Assembly: GCF_006345805.1 (NCBI RefSeq) | Contig: NC_043011.1 | Location: 13,218,464-13,282,463 of the forward strand | Source of the DNA: Octopus sinensis | Taxonomy: Eukaryota | Length of the DNA: 64,000 bases | Direction of reading: 5' to 3' | Part shown: piece by piece, positions 38,153-51,105 of the stretch | Position numbering within the stretch: the first letter of the stretch is position 1 | Layout of the letters: each line of letters starts with the position of its first letter | Notes under the pieces: model-generated | Database searches by the model: none | What the model saw: the letters and a program-made list of their open reading frames with translations, nothing else | Told to the model about the DNA's origin: nothing | Position numbers and translations under genes: made by a program

Positions 38153-41100
38153 ATATATATATATAATACAGATATGTATAAGCATACACACACACTTATT
38201 TATTTATTTATTTATATACACACCCACACACACGTTTTCGTTCATTAAGTATTACGTTTAGTTCATGCAGCGCATTCTTTGGGTTGATTGTTTTTCTCGT
38301 TTAATTTGTGAAATGTTCAAAAACTTATTCGCTCAAATACCTAAATACCTATTAAAAGTATGGCACGGCAGTTACATGACGTTAAATCACCCCCGGAACA
38401 CAAAATGTACCCGAATAAAAAAAAGAAAAAAAGATTTTAAAAAAGAGGGCATTTTATCGTGTAGACTTCTCACCCACCCCACCAATTTATACAATATTGC
38501 TAGCTTACTCATCGCCATAACATTTACATGAGTTTTCAGAGCCTCATTATGGCATTGAAAGTTTTCCTCGTACGGGGCGTAGTTTGAGATTGGGAAGGAA
38601 GTTTTACCATATTGTGTAAAAAATATATGCTAGGAAATCAGACTAGAAAATGTTCTTTTTAAATGGACTCATTTTCATCCAACTACTGCCTGAGGTGTAA
38701 TTAGTCGCGTAACTGCTGCTAAAAAGTACACAAATTACTCAACTTGTAATAGATATTTAGCAACATTTTCTGTAGTTGTTAATAAATGTTGATTTTAACT
38801 TCTAGTAAGTTGGAACTGTATTAAATATGGAATATTATAAGACAAAAAAAACCAAAAAAACTTTAAAACACATTTACTTAATTCAGAATTAAATTTTCGG
38901 AAATTTACAGCCTTTTCTGGCAAACCCAGTGAAATTGGAAATATATAACAGAATTTTTTAAAATTCAGTTTATCTGTTGGTATATTTTAAAGTCCATTTT
39001 CTCAGAAACCGACTTCAGTTATTCTATATTGCACGGTTTTCAAAAACAGTTCCTCCCCCATTTTCATATCACATCAGCACCCTTCAACTATCTTAAAAAC
39101 ATTTTTCTTTTTATCGTGTTCATAGTTCTTCGAACTGGACATTACAATTCCAAGACATTTCTTCAGTTTCATATTCTTTTATCAAAAGTCAGTTCATCAA
39201 GGATTTCTAACGAAAATATTTTAAAATCGATCTTCTTACTTAAGATACTTTATTTTATCGAAGGCAAAGGTGACTTCGGCGGAATTTGAACTCAAGATCT
39301 TAACTTAGTTCTACAAACTCTTTGTTAGGTATTTTATCTTCTGTGCCAATACTCCAAAATGGCTCTTTAAGCGAATTATACCATAAATGCCTGTAAAATT
39401 CCATATGCAACCATATATAATACCGTCATTTCGTTTTCTGTGCTTAAAATTTCTTTAAAATCTTAATGCAGTACAAACAGTGTTGCATGACAACCACAAG
39501 AGTAGTGACTAATCAACTAAAATTCATTATATTGATTCTTAATATTCTTTCATTTTATATAAAATATATTGATATGTAATAAAACAGAATCTCAAAAATA
39601 ATACAGCTTTATTACATTGTTCATCGTCATGAAAGTGAATTTTTTTGAGAAGTTAGTGGGGGAACTTTGTAACCTAATATGTATTATATGCAACCCCAAT
39701 TATAATCTTGATTTCAGTAGAGAAAAAAAAAAGTGTTTTATAATATATCCATATTCAGATCTTTCCCACACTGTTGCCCTTGAATTTATATTTGGTATTA
39801 ACTTTTTGGCGTTGACTAAAACAAAATCTTTCTGTTAGATTTTCATATATGAAGTCAGAATATAATACAATAGATGTTTTAAATAAATAAAACGGGACAC
39901 ATATTCTTGAAAAAAATTCTACGAGCAGATTTTTATTTGTTTTGTAAATATGCTATTCTGGTTAAAAATATTTATTCTCCAGATTTTAGTCACACAATCA
40001 TCTTCCAAAACCTGCCGAGTGAAATTGAAGGGCTTCAGTTCATTAACTTGCGTTATTCAGACTAGATAGACATGCTTTAAATGTCATGGAATATTTATAT
40101 AATAGTGGTTATTATATGGCACGAAGAAAGAAATTAATGGAGCCGTATTTATGAAATGTATTATCTACAATCAGATTTCGCTGTAGTGACACTACCAGAA
40201 AAAACTCTAGATAATTTATACACAATCTTAACTTTAGTCTGTGACGACCTGAATAGAAGAAATATAAATGTAAATTCAAATTACTACCATTAAATAATGA
40301 TAATGGTTTCAAATTTCGCCACAAGGGTAGCAATTTCGGGGGAGAGGATAAGTCGATTACATCGACTCCAGTGTTCAACTGGTACTTAATCTATCGACCC
40401 CGAAAGGATGAAAGGCAAAGTCGACCTCGGCGGAATTTGAACTCAGGACGTAGTGACGGGCGCAATACTGCTATGCATTTCGCCCGGCGTGCTAACGATT
40501 CTGCTAGTTCGCTAGCTGTATGTCACTCTAGTTTTCTCTTAATCCAGAAAATGTCTTAATTCACTCGGGGACTTTGAGAACTGCGATCCCTGTAATTTCT
40601 GGACTGGGTCTGTAGTTGTCGAAGGCATGGACCGTCCTTGGGTGCATCATCATTCCATTAAATGAGTTTATGGGGAGAGGGGAATATATTGAAAAACATC
40701 AATACGTCGGAGTGACAAAGAAACAAGGAAGGTATCAGATGGTCGTGAGATGTGCTAAAAACAACAGCTAAATCGCCCTTAAATCATACACAGTTTCTTT
40801 ATCCTTTTTCATTTTTATGCATAATCGTATGAATTCCCATGTGTAGAACACAAAAATTCGCAAAATGTTTCTGAAAACTCCAGAAAATAAAAAAGTTACG
40901 AGGGGGTTATTATATGGGGTGCTTCAACCAGAATCTCACCCCACCCACCTTCAAAAAAGAAAAAATGGTAAGTCGTGACATCGTTTCGCAGACTTAATTT
41001 AAGGTCAACTTAGAAGGGTATATCATAGAATAGAATCGACGTATTGCGACTGCGGCCCATTCTCTGACATATGAAATATATCGTGAAAATAAGTGAACAC

Positions 41101-41556
41101 ACAGAGATCCGAAGAGTCTAAGAAATCGATGTTTATTCCAAATGAACGTGTATGAAAGTTAAACACTAACCAAAATATTGTCTATGTGAACTTACCAGCT
41201 GGGTGGAAAACCAAATACATTTTATAAAGAGAAATGTTAAAAAAATAAAGAAGTAATTGATATTAGGAAGGGAAATTAGACGGGCGAATTTTTTTATGTA
41301 ATTTTTCAATCTGGATTTTATGTCCTTAAATTGAAAGATCGTAGCAGAATCATACATTTTCCCCTGAATCAGATGTTTTGCCGACCACAAAGAAAACTCG
41401 AGCTATTCTTAGTTTTAGGTAAATAAACAGAAGTAAAGAGACCAATAGGTACTGTGTATGGTCATTCGAAGTGTTAGAAATAGCAGCCAAATTATAACCT
41501 ACCGTCTTAATAAAAAAATAATAATTGAAATAGGGACAGATTGGAAAATGAAGGTA

Positions 41557-41774
41557 CTACTAGCGAACAGTGGTCCCGGTGCGCGCACACGCGTATTCAC
41601 GCAAGCTAGTCGTGACTAGTCGATCCTACAACGACTCCCTAGCAAAGTAAGTAAAACACAAAATAAATAATTGTTTTTACGTAAATAATTTTTAAACTAA
41701 GTATGGATCGACTACTCATGACTAGCTAGCGCGGATGTGCGAGTGCGCGCACCGGGACCACTGTTCGCTAGTAG
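41557..41774. mobile_element. 218-bp MITE with TA target duplication
   Basis: ~32-bp TIR CTACTAGCGAACAGTGGTCCCGGTGCGCGCAC, further subterminal inverted blocks, TA flanks. Confidence 0.8.
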
Positions 41775-42338
41775 TATCGAAAACGAAATCCTAAAGTGCC
41801 TGATTAAAAAATAAAAATGGAATAGTCATGACTATGATAGGTCTGTTCGAATAAGGTACATCTGGTGGGGTACCTTACAATCAGCTGTGTATAATCTATA
41901 CGTCTCAGTTTTATACCAATTAAACATACATTACTTACACATACGTTAATCAACTTTGCGAACGTAGTGACACACACATATATATATGCTGATTTGTTCC
42001 GTTTTCAATTAATCTAATTAACTGTCATTAATTACCATCCCAAGCAACTGAAAGCTTCGTTTGATAGTGTTGTCTGCAGGTGGCAGCACCGTCAATTACT
42101 TCCTGTTGCCCTTAGCACCAAGTCACATCACCGATTCTATAAATGTCTTGAAGTAGACCAATTCTAACTATAATGATCATATTTTAATTACCGAAGAAGG
42201 GAAAATAGTTTAAAGGTAAAAACTAAAATTTATATTTTATATTATAAGGCGATCTTTGACAACTATGGTACTCACATCGAAGGATCGCTTATAATGATGT
42301 TTTTCTTCTCAATAATAAACACCGATATGCTTTATATA

Positions 42339-42403
<65 letters not shown>

Positions 42404-42849
42404 GCATATATATATATTAGAAAGTTTGGATATGATGTACAGGTATTATATATTAGAAGAAATGAGGTACTCAGAAATTCGGATGGTTTTATATTTACAG
42501 ATATTTATTTGTATATTACATGTTTTTATACATCATATAACTTAGATCATATATATAACTTATATCACACACATATATATATAACTCTTTGTCTGTTCTG
42601 GGTCGCGACTACATTTTGACGAGACAAAGTTTCATGTGGCTATCAAAGGAATATAAGAATTCTTTTATTTATAAGCCTATCCCTTTATGACAGTGCCCCT
42701 CCTGCCCAGTAATCGGTTTCACTTCCCGAGTTGTTAAGCACTTAATGTATGGATGTTATTTTGTTGTTCTCTATGTTCCTTAAGATAACTAGTTCTGGTA
42801 TTATATGTCATATAGTCTTTTCCAGTATTTTTCAGGGTCCATAATCGGT

Positions 42850-43720
42850 GCATTCTACCAAATTTTGATCATGGTGATTTTGCATGTCTTCTCATTTCCA
42901 AATTCATGAATCTACGTTCTGTCACTTTATTCAATGTTCCGGAATATAATGCGCCCACCTGAAGGTCTTTCTGTGTATTGATTCCAAGTTGTTGATGTAT
43001 ACTTGTTCCATATGGGACTAGTGTGTTCTATAATTTGTCTACAAATTGTTTTGAATGTCAATGTCCTGAGTTTTTTCTTTTTTTTTTTCTTGGGGGAGCT
43101 CATGAACTTTTGAGGACATTTTTTTATTGTGTAAGTAAAAATTGGATCTTTTCGGTTTGAACGGCAGTTTTTAACATGATTTCTAGGTAACTAAAAAATG
43201 TTAAACTTCGTATACTGGTAGAATGTGTTTATAAAACATCTTTTTCTCTTGGCTTTATTGAGAAAATTTTAAGGTTTGTAAGATATTTGTTGTTGTTTTT
43301 TCTTCAATTTCTGCAATTTCAACCAATCACTGACGTCTATTGAGGTAAAAAAACACATTCTGTGCCGTATGAATGTTCCCTCGTTTAAGAAACAGATTGG
43401 GTTTATTTACATTTGTGAAGAAAAAAAGATACCCTTCTCCCCACCCCTAACCCTAAAACAGATTGAAATGCAATAGATCGATACTAGGGTCATAATTATG
43501 GGTGACAATTTCATATGACACCGCTAGAAAAAACTGCCGTTCAAACCGAAAAGATCCAAAATTTATTATTGTGAGTTATGGTGATACCAAATGCTTAAAT
43601 TGGCTAATTCTGTCAAGGTGCTTGTTATTGAGATGATGTAGGTAGTTGTGTTCTAAGAAATCACTAGATTATCGATTCTACAGATTTTGAGCCTTGATCG
43701 ATTTCAGTTCCCATCTGCAG
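42850..43720 (-). mobile_element. Decayed CR1/L2-group LINE RT C-terminus, interrupted by a MITE
   Basis: TFKTICRQIIEHTSPIWN resembles YKT.VRP.LEY.SPVWN; frameshifted. Confidence 0.55.
43144..43557 (+). mobile_element. GGATC MITE inserted in a decayed LINE
   Basis: TIRs; TSD degenerate (AAAATT shared). Confidence 0.92.
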
Positions 43721-45714
43721 CAATCACCTTGTTAAACATGATTATTGACAAAAAGTTTAAAATATATTAAATTAGCTAAAACTGTTGTACTTTGGCTATT
43801 TTTTTGGAGATTGTGGAAGGTTAAGGCACTAGGGAGTTATCACTTTTTCTTGTGAAATTGACTCTATTCTCACCATCTTTACTTCAGTGCATCTCTTCAC
43901 CACAGTCGGTATATGAGATATTTTGTCAGTTTGTAAAAATGTCATATTTACGGTTGATGTATCAGAGACGAATTTCAACAGATACAAATTACTAAAGAAA
44001 ACTCTTGCCTTTACTTTAAAAGTGCCTGTAAAATTCTCACGCGGCAACTATCGTCTGTGGTACCATAATATTTTAGATGAATAGGTTTTGATTGTGCATT
44101 GAATTTCTTTCTTTTTTTTTTTTTTAGTATGATAATCAACTAATTTCAGTTCCCAGTCAATGCTAAATTTAAGTTTACCACCAAAAAATGTATATGATGC
44201 GAGTAAATACATTTGACAAATCTGTCCAGAAATCCCGGCATGTCCATGTAATTGAATCATAGTTCATCCAAAGATGACCAGAGAGCTTCTATGATCCTGT
44301 GAACGATCAATACCAAAGTAACAAAGTTAGTGAAAGTAACAGTATATATAAAACATAACTGTTATTCAAAACAGCTTATACTAAATCTATTTATTGGTCG
44401 AAATAATGTTTTATACTAAACCTAGTGATTTGGTATTTTAGAAGTCATTTCGTGTTAAAGTTGTTGTATTTGGGTAATTTTAACCAATCAACGACGTGTA
44501 TTTGGTTGAAGAAAGCTACGTCAACAACAAAAAAGCTAGCTGCAGACTCGTTGACATATATGTAGTTTCAAAACTATTTTATAATTTAAAATTTTGAAAA
44601 CATGGTTTTTAGCATATTCAGAATCTCTGTCATCAAAAGCATAGTAATCTGCTGAAAAAAAATTTCAAAGAAAAAAAAAGGGTCAATTTTTTTTCATGCC
44701 AGTGTACTTGTAAACATTAACCAGTAAATGCAAGGATGTGTGTTTTTTTCTGCTGCACCTAACTGTAAAACTAGGTTTCAAGGCTGACTAACGAAGACAT
44801 GAAAAGTGGTAAGATCATCAAAACATAGAGTATGGAGCCTCATGAATAAGATGAAATATGATTGCCATACACAGCTTACATTCCAATAAATTCTGTATGA
44901 ATACATCCCATAGATGTATTTCAGTATATATTTTGAATTACTGAAACTAAATTCTTCAGCAATTCAATTTGGTGACATCATCTCAGAATTCTCAATACCT
45001 ACCAACCTGTTTAATGTGTCTCTACATCAGAAAGGTGATGTAGTTGAAATATATGTGAAAAATCATCATTAAAATTTAATGTAGTTTGACCATCAACTTC
45101 TACATATCTGCAAAATATTGCTGATGTTTAGTGTTTGCAAAATGTTTACATAATAGAAACAAAATGGTGGTAAAAACTTTTACACTAAGTGATCTAGACT
45201 AAAAGGTAAAACCTACTTTGGACTGCCTTGAAACCAATAGAATGTTCATCATCATTTAGCGTCCGCTTTCCATGCTAGCATGGGTTAGAGGGTTCAACTG
45301 GGGTCTGGGAAGCCAGAAGGCTGCACCAGGCCCAGTCTGATCTGGCAATGTTTCTACAGCTGGATGCCCTTCCTAACGCCAACCACTCCATGAGTGCAGT
45401 GGGTGCTTTTTACGTGCCAAGGGCTGGCAAACGGCCACAGTCAGATGGTGCTTTTTATGTGCCACCGGCACAGGGACCAGGCAAGGCTGGCAACGGCCAC
45501 GATTGGATGGTGCTTTAAAGACAATTCTTTCCAAACTAAGTTACACCATGATTGATGAGCAACCTCTGTAAGAGTTCAAATTATGATAATGCAGTATATA
45601 AAGCAAATATTAATTGAATTCAAAATTATTAGATTCTCATGAAAATCAAACTAAAACTCAAAAACCAAAAGCTACAAGGTGGTATAAAAAAATTCCCAGA
45701 CTATTTACCTAAGT

Positions 45715-45810
45715 TTTAACATCATCATCTTCAAAAGAGTCACCTTGCACAGCAATACACCAATCCCAGTGTTCCTGTCACTTTTGGAATCCAGCCTGGA
45801 AGTCATTTTC
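45715..45810 (-). mobile_element. Mariner transposase C-terminal remnant
   Basis: ENDFQAGFQK*QEHWDWCIAVQGDSFEDD. Confidence 0.6.
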
Positions 45811-46598
45811 TGTAAGCAAGTAGAGGAGCTTCTACAATTAGCTCTTGCTCTCAACAATGGTGTTAAAACTGTGGCCTTTGAGCTGTATTTGTCATCTTGG
45901 GGAAGAGATAGAAGTTCGCAGATGCTAAATAGGCGGCGAGCTGGCAGAAACGTTAGCACGCTAGGCGAAATGCTTAGTGGTATTTCATCCGCCGTTACAT
46001 TCTGAGTTCAAATTCCGCCGAGGTCGACTTTGCATTTCATCTTTTCGGGGTCGATAAATTAAGTACCAGTTACGCACTGGGGTCAATGTAATCAACTTAA
46101 TCTGTGTGTCTGTCCTTGTTTGTCCTCTCTGTGTTTAGCCCCTTGTGGGTAGTAAAAAAATAGGTGCTAAATCTGGCAAATAGAGCAGGTGCAGGAGGAA
46201 TTCTATGCTGTTTTTGGTAAAAAAAAACTCACAAGTGAGGAGAGATCATTTCCAGGGTGCATTGTTGTTGTGATGAATCCCTGGAGTGATATAATTTCTT
46301 TTATTTTTCAGTGTTGATCACTGAATTAATTATAACCAGTATATGTGTTTATATATTTAAAATTTTTATTCTTTTCCCTTTTTCTTTTCTTTTCTTTTGA
46401 GGGAATGGACTGTAGCACCTTGAAACTAATTGCATATAAAGAACTTTGAAATCCTGAATACAATATTGCAAAAATGCAAATAAAAGAAATTTTTAAAATT
46501 GTTTTTTTTATTTACTTTTAACAGATAATCTTTGGAAAGAAATAGACAGGTGAACCTATCCTTTTCAAATATACAGAATATATTTTGTTATTTAAATA

Positions 46599-47040
46599 AT
46601 GAAAGGGAAAAAGTCAAATAAATTGCATTCCTGTAAAAAGCCTTCCAAAAACACATGCCTCTCGGCTGCAACTAATTCTTGGTTCACACATGATTATTTC
46701 TCTAAATACTGGCAGTATTACAACTATTCAACCCAATGGTATATGAATCATCTTAACTACATAAGAAATGCTTCACAGTCTGCTGAATGGCCTGTCAACA
46801 TGACAATGGCTTATAACCAACAATCCTCGTCAATATCATCCCCACCATGGCATCCAAATCAACAGCGGTCACCTTCATATCATCACAAAAAACAACATAA
46901 CAAGTTTAGACATCAAAGGAAGTCTTCGAGTACATGTACTGCAACAGAACTAATGGATACTACTGAGGATATTGAAATGAAAGTTCCAGACAGTCTTTTA
47001 GACTTCATGATTGTCTCTAGAAAATTTCGAGAAGAACGAG
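46599..47040 (+). CDS. GEMIN8: Gemin8 (SMN complex component), first coding exon
   Basis: WFTHDYFSKYWQYYNYSTQWYMNH resembles the Gemin8 N-terminal WYxHxxYARYWQHY motif; MKVPDSLLDFMIVSRKFREER resembles [21 protein letters not shown]. In-frame TAA 6 nt before the ATG; acceptor TTTTAACAG at 46524 implies an upstream non-coding exon; donor G|GTAAAA at 47041. Confidence 0.88.
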
Positions 47041-47289
47041 GTAAAAATCATTGTTTACAATTATTATCATCACAATAATTTACAAAGTGGGTTGAAAAGT
47101 ACTTTGGCTGATTATGAAGGAGTGATGCTAGAGCTTTGAAGTTTTGCATGCATTAATTTCAACAATTCTTCTTAATAACTGCAGTATTTCTTTCCAGGTA
47201 AACTGACACCTGACTGTTCACAGAAAACTTCAAAAGTAACTGATAGCAACTTCTCTTGAAAATGAACAAAATTTGGCATCATGGTGTTA

Positions 47290-47640
47290 TCAAGTATCTG
47301 CAGAAAAAGGGTTTGGTTCCCCAAGGACATTTATACTGGCATGGTTGCTACATTAAGGGATAACACTTCAGCTTTATCAAAAGTACAAAAGTGGGCAGCT
47401 GAATTTAGAAGGGGAAGGAAAAGTCTTGGAGATGATCCAAGGTCTGGACGTCCTGCAACTGCCAACATTGAGGAAAACATTGATTATGTTCACCACATGG
47501 TGATGTATGACAAGTGATTTACTATAAATCAAATAGCCAATGGTATTAGCATATCCCATGAAAGAATTGAGAATATTCTGCACAATGAACTTGGCATGAC
47601 AAAGCTTTCTGCTTTGTCTCCTGACACCTGATCAAAAGTG
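47290..47640 (+). mobile_element. Mariner transposase N-terminal (HTH) remnant in a Gemin8 intron
   Basis: VQKWAAEFRRGRKSLGDDPRSGRP..TINQIANGISISHERIENILHNELGMTK. Confidence 0.8.
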
Positions 47641-48202
47641 TGCTTGGCTGATCACATTTCAGGGTCAATAAAAGAAGTGCCAGTTGAACATGGGTTGATG
47701 TAATCAACTTAACCCCTCCCCCAAAACTGCTGGCCTTGTGCCAGAATTCAAACCCCAATATTCTCACATAAACTGTTCAGTTGGTTTTTGTTACATGTAT
47801 TTTGTGTGACTAACTGCATGACATTGAAGGAAATGCCTATTTTCAGCAAGGATGTCTTGGACAAACAGAATAAAAAGTGTAGCATAGTAATCCTGTGCAG
47901 GTGGCACATAAAAAGCACCATTTGGGCACGGCCGTTGCCAGTACCACCAAACTGGCCCTCGTGCTGATGGCACGTAAAAGCACCCACTACACTCTCGGAG
48001 TGGTTGGCATTAGGAAGGGCATCCAACTGTAGAAACACTGCCAGATCAGATTGGAGTCTGGTTTGCCAGACCTCAGTCAAATCGTCCAACCCATGCTAGC
48101 ATGGAAAGCAAATGTTAAATGATGATTGTGTCTCTTAGAAATTATTTTTTTTTTACTTCGTACATTTAAGAATATAAACTCCAAATATTATTTTATCTAC
48201 AG

Positions 48203-48262
48203 AAGCTTTAAAAAACGAACAAAACGCTGAAGATGCTGGACAATGTGTCAATATTGAAGATG
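48203..48262 (+). CDS. GEMIN8: Gemin8 second coding exon (60 bp)
   Basis: TTTTATCTACAG| ... |GTAAGT; phase 1-1; encodes (E)ALKNEQNAEDAGQCVNIED and keeps the frame between the flanking exons. Confidence 0.82.
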
Positions 48263-48597
48263 GTAAGTTACTGAATATAAATTGTTTTTACCATGTTGGT
48301 GTATATTCTTTGTAGCTTTCATTTTTTTCTTCGCTCTACACTTATTGTGAGCAAATAGCCAATTATTGTTGGTATCATGGCTATACCCTGTCCTCTCTCT
48401 GACTACCAGGACAGTTGTAAAATCTTCTGCTAGGTCAACTGTAAAAGTTCTTGCTAGAGATCTTGTTTGAAGATGTTCTATCAGTGAGAAGAGGAAATGG
48501 TTTCTCAGAGGGTAACGTGCTAACCTTTGGTAAACTGGTGATTCAACTTAGTGGAACCAGGTTTTTGACTTGCTTAAATATATTGGTTATACATTGA

Positions 48598-48828
48598 AGG
48601 CAGCGAGCTGGCAGAAACGTTAGCACGCCGGGCGAAATGCATAGCTGTATTTCGTCTGCCGCTACGTTCTCAGTTCTAATTCCGCTGAGGTCGACTTTGC
48701 TTTTCATCCTCTCGGGGTCGATAAATAAAGTATCAGTTTCGCACTGGGGTTGATGTAATCGACTTAATCCGTTTGTCTGTCCTTGATTGTCCCCTCTGTG
48801 TTTAGCCCCTTGTGGGTAGTAAAGAAAT
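48598..48828 (+). mobile_element. Full-length tRNA-derived SINE (family C) with 19-bp TSD. Other copies at ~1782-1900, 33420-33625, 36480-36650, 36660-37260, 40320-40512(-), 45931-46160
   Basis: Head GGC(A/G)GCGAGCTGGCAGAA..TTCT(G/C)AGTTC(A/T)AATTCC; central GTCGACTTTGC.TTTCATCCT.TCGGGGTCGATAAA (resembles the MetaSINE domain, from memory); TSD ATATATTGGTTATACATTG at 48578-48596 and 48829-48847. Confidence 0.9.
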
Positions 48829-49000
48829 ATATATTGGTTATACATTGGAATGATGGCTTTTCTCTCCAATACCTATCCATAAATATTTAATGTAGGGTTT
48901 TTTGAAGCCAATAGTGTAAATGAATTAGAATTTACCTACCTTATTTGAAATTAATTTTAAGTCAAACCAAATTTTAATACAATTCTGTTTTCTTTACCAG

Positions 49001-49209
49001 TTACTGATCATCTACGAACACCCAGCATACTTCCTCCATCAGAACGTCCAGGCTCACAACGAACATCAGAGATAAAACAACTGTATGGGAAAAAAGCTTC
49101 TCTAATCCATAGTATGGAAACAGCTTTACAAATGACTTACGATCAAATGGTTGATCTAAAACAACCCAAAATGTGGCCAAATATGCCACTAAAAATAGTT
49201 TTTAGTTAA
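49001..49209 (+). CDS. GEMIN8: Gemin8 last coding exon
   Basis: TTTCTTTACCAG|, encodes (V)TDHLRTPSILPPSERPGSQRTSEIKQLYGKKASLIHSMETALQMTYDQMVDLKQPKMWPNMPLKIVFS*, matching the Gemin8 C-terminus (ERPG..R..EMK.LYG..A.KI.AME.A.QL.FD...D..QP.YWP.IPLK). Spliced CDS = 711 nt = 236 aa. Confidence 0.92.
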
Positions 49210-49253
49210 TCAAAACCAGCTATGTAAATATCTTTTTATTTTCAGATTTACCT

Positions 49254-49259
49254 AATAAA
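49254..49259 (+). terminator. Candidate Gemin8 polyadenylation signal
   Basis: AATAAA 45 nt after the stop codon. Confidence 0.4.
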
Positions 49260-49329
49260 AAGGTTAACTGGAATGTTATTTTTATAGTTTTAAAAATGAA
49301 GCTATATAACTTTGTTGAGAAGAAGTTTG

Positions 49330-49718
49330 GGATCTTTTCGGTTTGAACGGCAGTTTTTAACATAATTTCTAGGTAACTAAAAAATTTTAAACTTCGTATA
49401 CTGGTAGAATGTGTTTATAAAACATCTTTTTCTCTTGGCTTTATTGAGAAAATTCTATAGTTTGTAAGATATTTGTTGTTTTTTTTCTTCAATTTCTGCA
49501 ATTTCAACCAATCACTGATATCTATTGAGGTAAAAAAACATTCTGTGCCGTATGAATGTTCCCTCGTTTAAGAAACAGACTGGATTTATTTACATTTGTG
49601 AAGAAAAAAGATACCCCCACCCCTAACCCTAAAACAGATTGAAATGCAATAGATCAATACTAGGGTCAATTTCATATGACACCGCTAGAAAAAACTGCCG
49701 TTCAAACCGAAAAGATCC
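49330..49718 (+). mobile_element. GGATC MITE just 3' of Gemin8
   Basis: TIRs; 8-bp TSD GAAGTTTG. Confidence 0.95.
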
Positions 49719-50740
49719 GAAGTTTGTTTGAAAAGTTTCAATTTGTTCTGCAAAAAAAGATATTTATTTGAATTGCTGGAAGAATCTTTTACATCAAATT
49801 ATTAATGATTCTGCAATGATAAATGAAATAGCATTTACTTTTAGCTAGGTTGCTGATTAAAGTAAATACTTTACTCTGCTTACTTTTATTTTTGATTAAT
49901 AAGTCAGAATTTTAATCACTTAACTACCTCCTCCTACTCCTTATCATCATCATTTTGCATCCATTTTCCATGCTGGCCTGGGCTGGACAGTTTGACTGGT
50001 GCTGGTCAGCTGTTTTGACCTGGTTTCTACAGCTGGATGCCCCTCCTAACGCAAACCACTCCACAGAGTGTAGTGAGTGCCTTTTACGCATCACTGGCAC
50101 TGGCCATGACTACAATTTCACTTGGCTTAATATGTCTTCTCAAGCACAGCAAATCTCCAAAGGTCTTCATCACTTGTCATCACCTCTGTGAGACTCGACA
50201 TCCAAAGATCATATTTCACCACCTCGTCCCATGTCTTTTTACTTTATTTTAAATATTTCTTCTTGCTGTTGCCAGTGTTTGGCCGTTGCCAGCACCACCT
50301 TGACTGGCCTCTGTGCCAGTGGCGTGTAAAAAGCACCAACTGATCGTGGCTGTTGCCAGCCTCACCTGGCATGTAAAAAGCACCCACTACACTCATGGAG
50401 TGGTTGGCGTTAGGAAGGGCACCCAGCTGTAGAAACACTGCCAGATCAGACTGGAGCCTGGTGCAGCCTCCTGGTTTCCCAGACTCCAGTCAAACCATCC
50501 AACCCATGCTAGCATAGAAAACGGACGTTAAACGACGATAATCAGACACTGACTTTGTAAAGGGTAGAGGCAAGCTGTAAGGTTAGAATGCTTGACTATT
50601 ACCCAGATGGTCATCAATTCAAACCTTTCTACTACAGCCACTGTTTTGTACCTCTTAGTAAATCCCAGTTTTCTTACCTGACTTCAAGGTTTTTCTCTTC
50701 ACAGTAGAGTGGTAAGAAGGGTATCCAACCATAGAAATAA

Positions 50741-51105
50741 TCTCTATATATATAAACGGCAAAATGTCTGCATGTGTGTCCTTTATACAAATCCACAATT
50801 TTTCAGTTAGAGGGCTCGCACTTTCTATGGTCATTCAAAACCGTCCAAGGGTGGTCGTGCACGTCTTTACATTTCCCCAGTCACCCAACAAAGCCATTAA
50901 AAAAATCAATAGAAGTGACTTTTTTGTGAATTTTCTATCCAAAACCCAATCAAAATGCCCGAAACTTGATACGCCAATTGAATGCCAGCTAGCTGTATGT
51001 GGTTGGTCGGAAATTTGGACAGTACTCGCGTATATGTGTGCACGCACGCAGCTGTATATGCATGCACTAGCACTATGACCCGACGTTGCCGGGTCATAGT
51101 GCTAG
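50741..51105 (+). mobile_element. Non-autonomous Helitron (365 bp)
   Basis: A|TCTCTATATATATAAA 5' end, GC-rich terminal hairpin, CTAG|T 3' end, inserted between A and T with no TSD. Confidence 0.85.

Noticed and set aside
22416-49209. Possible conserved synteny with the human RAB9A-GEMIN8 region
   Set aside because: The GTPase here is clearly Rab8, not Rab9, so there is no orthologous linkage.
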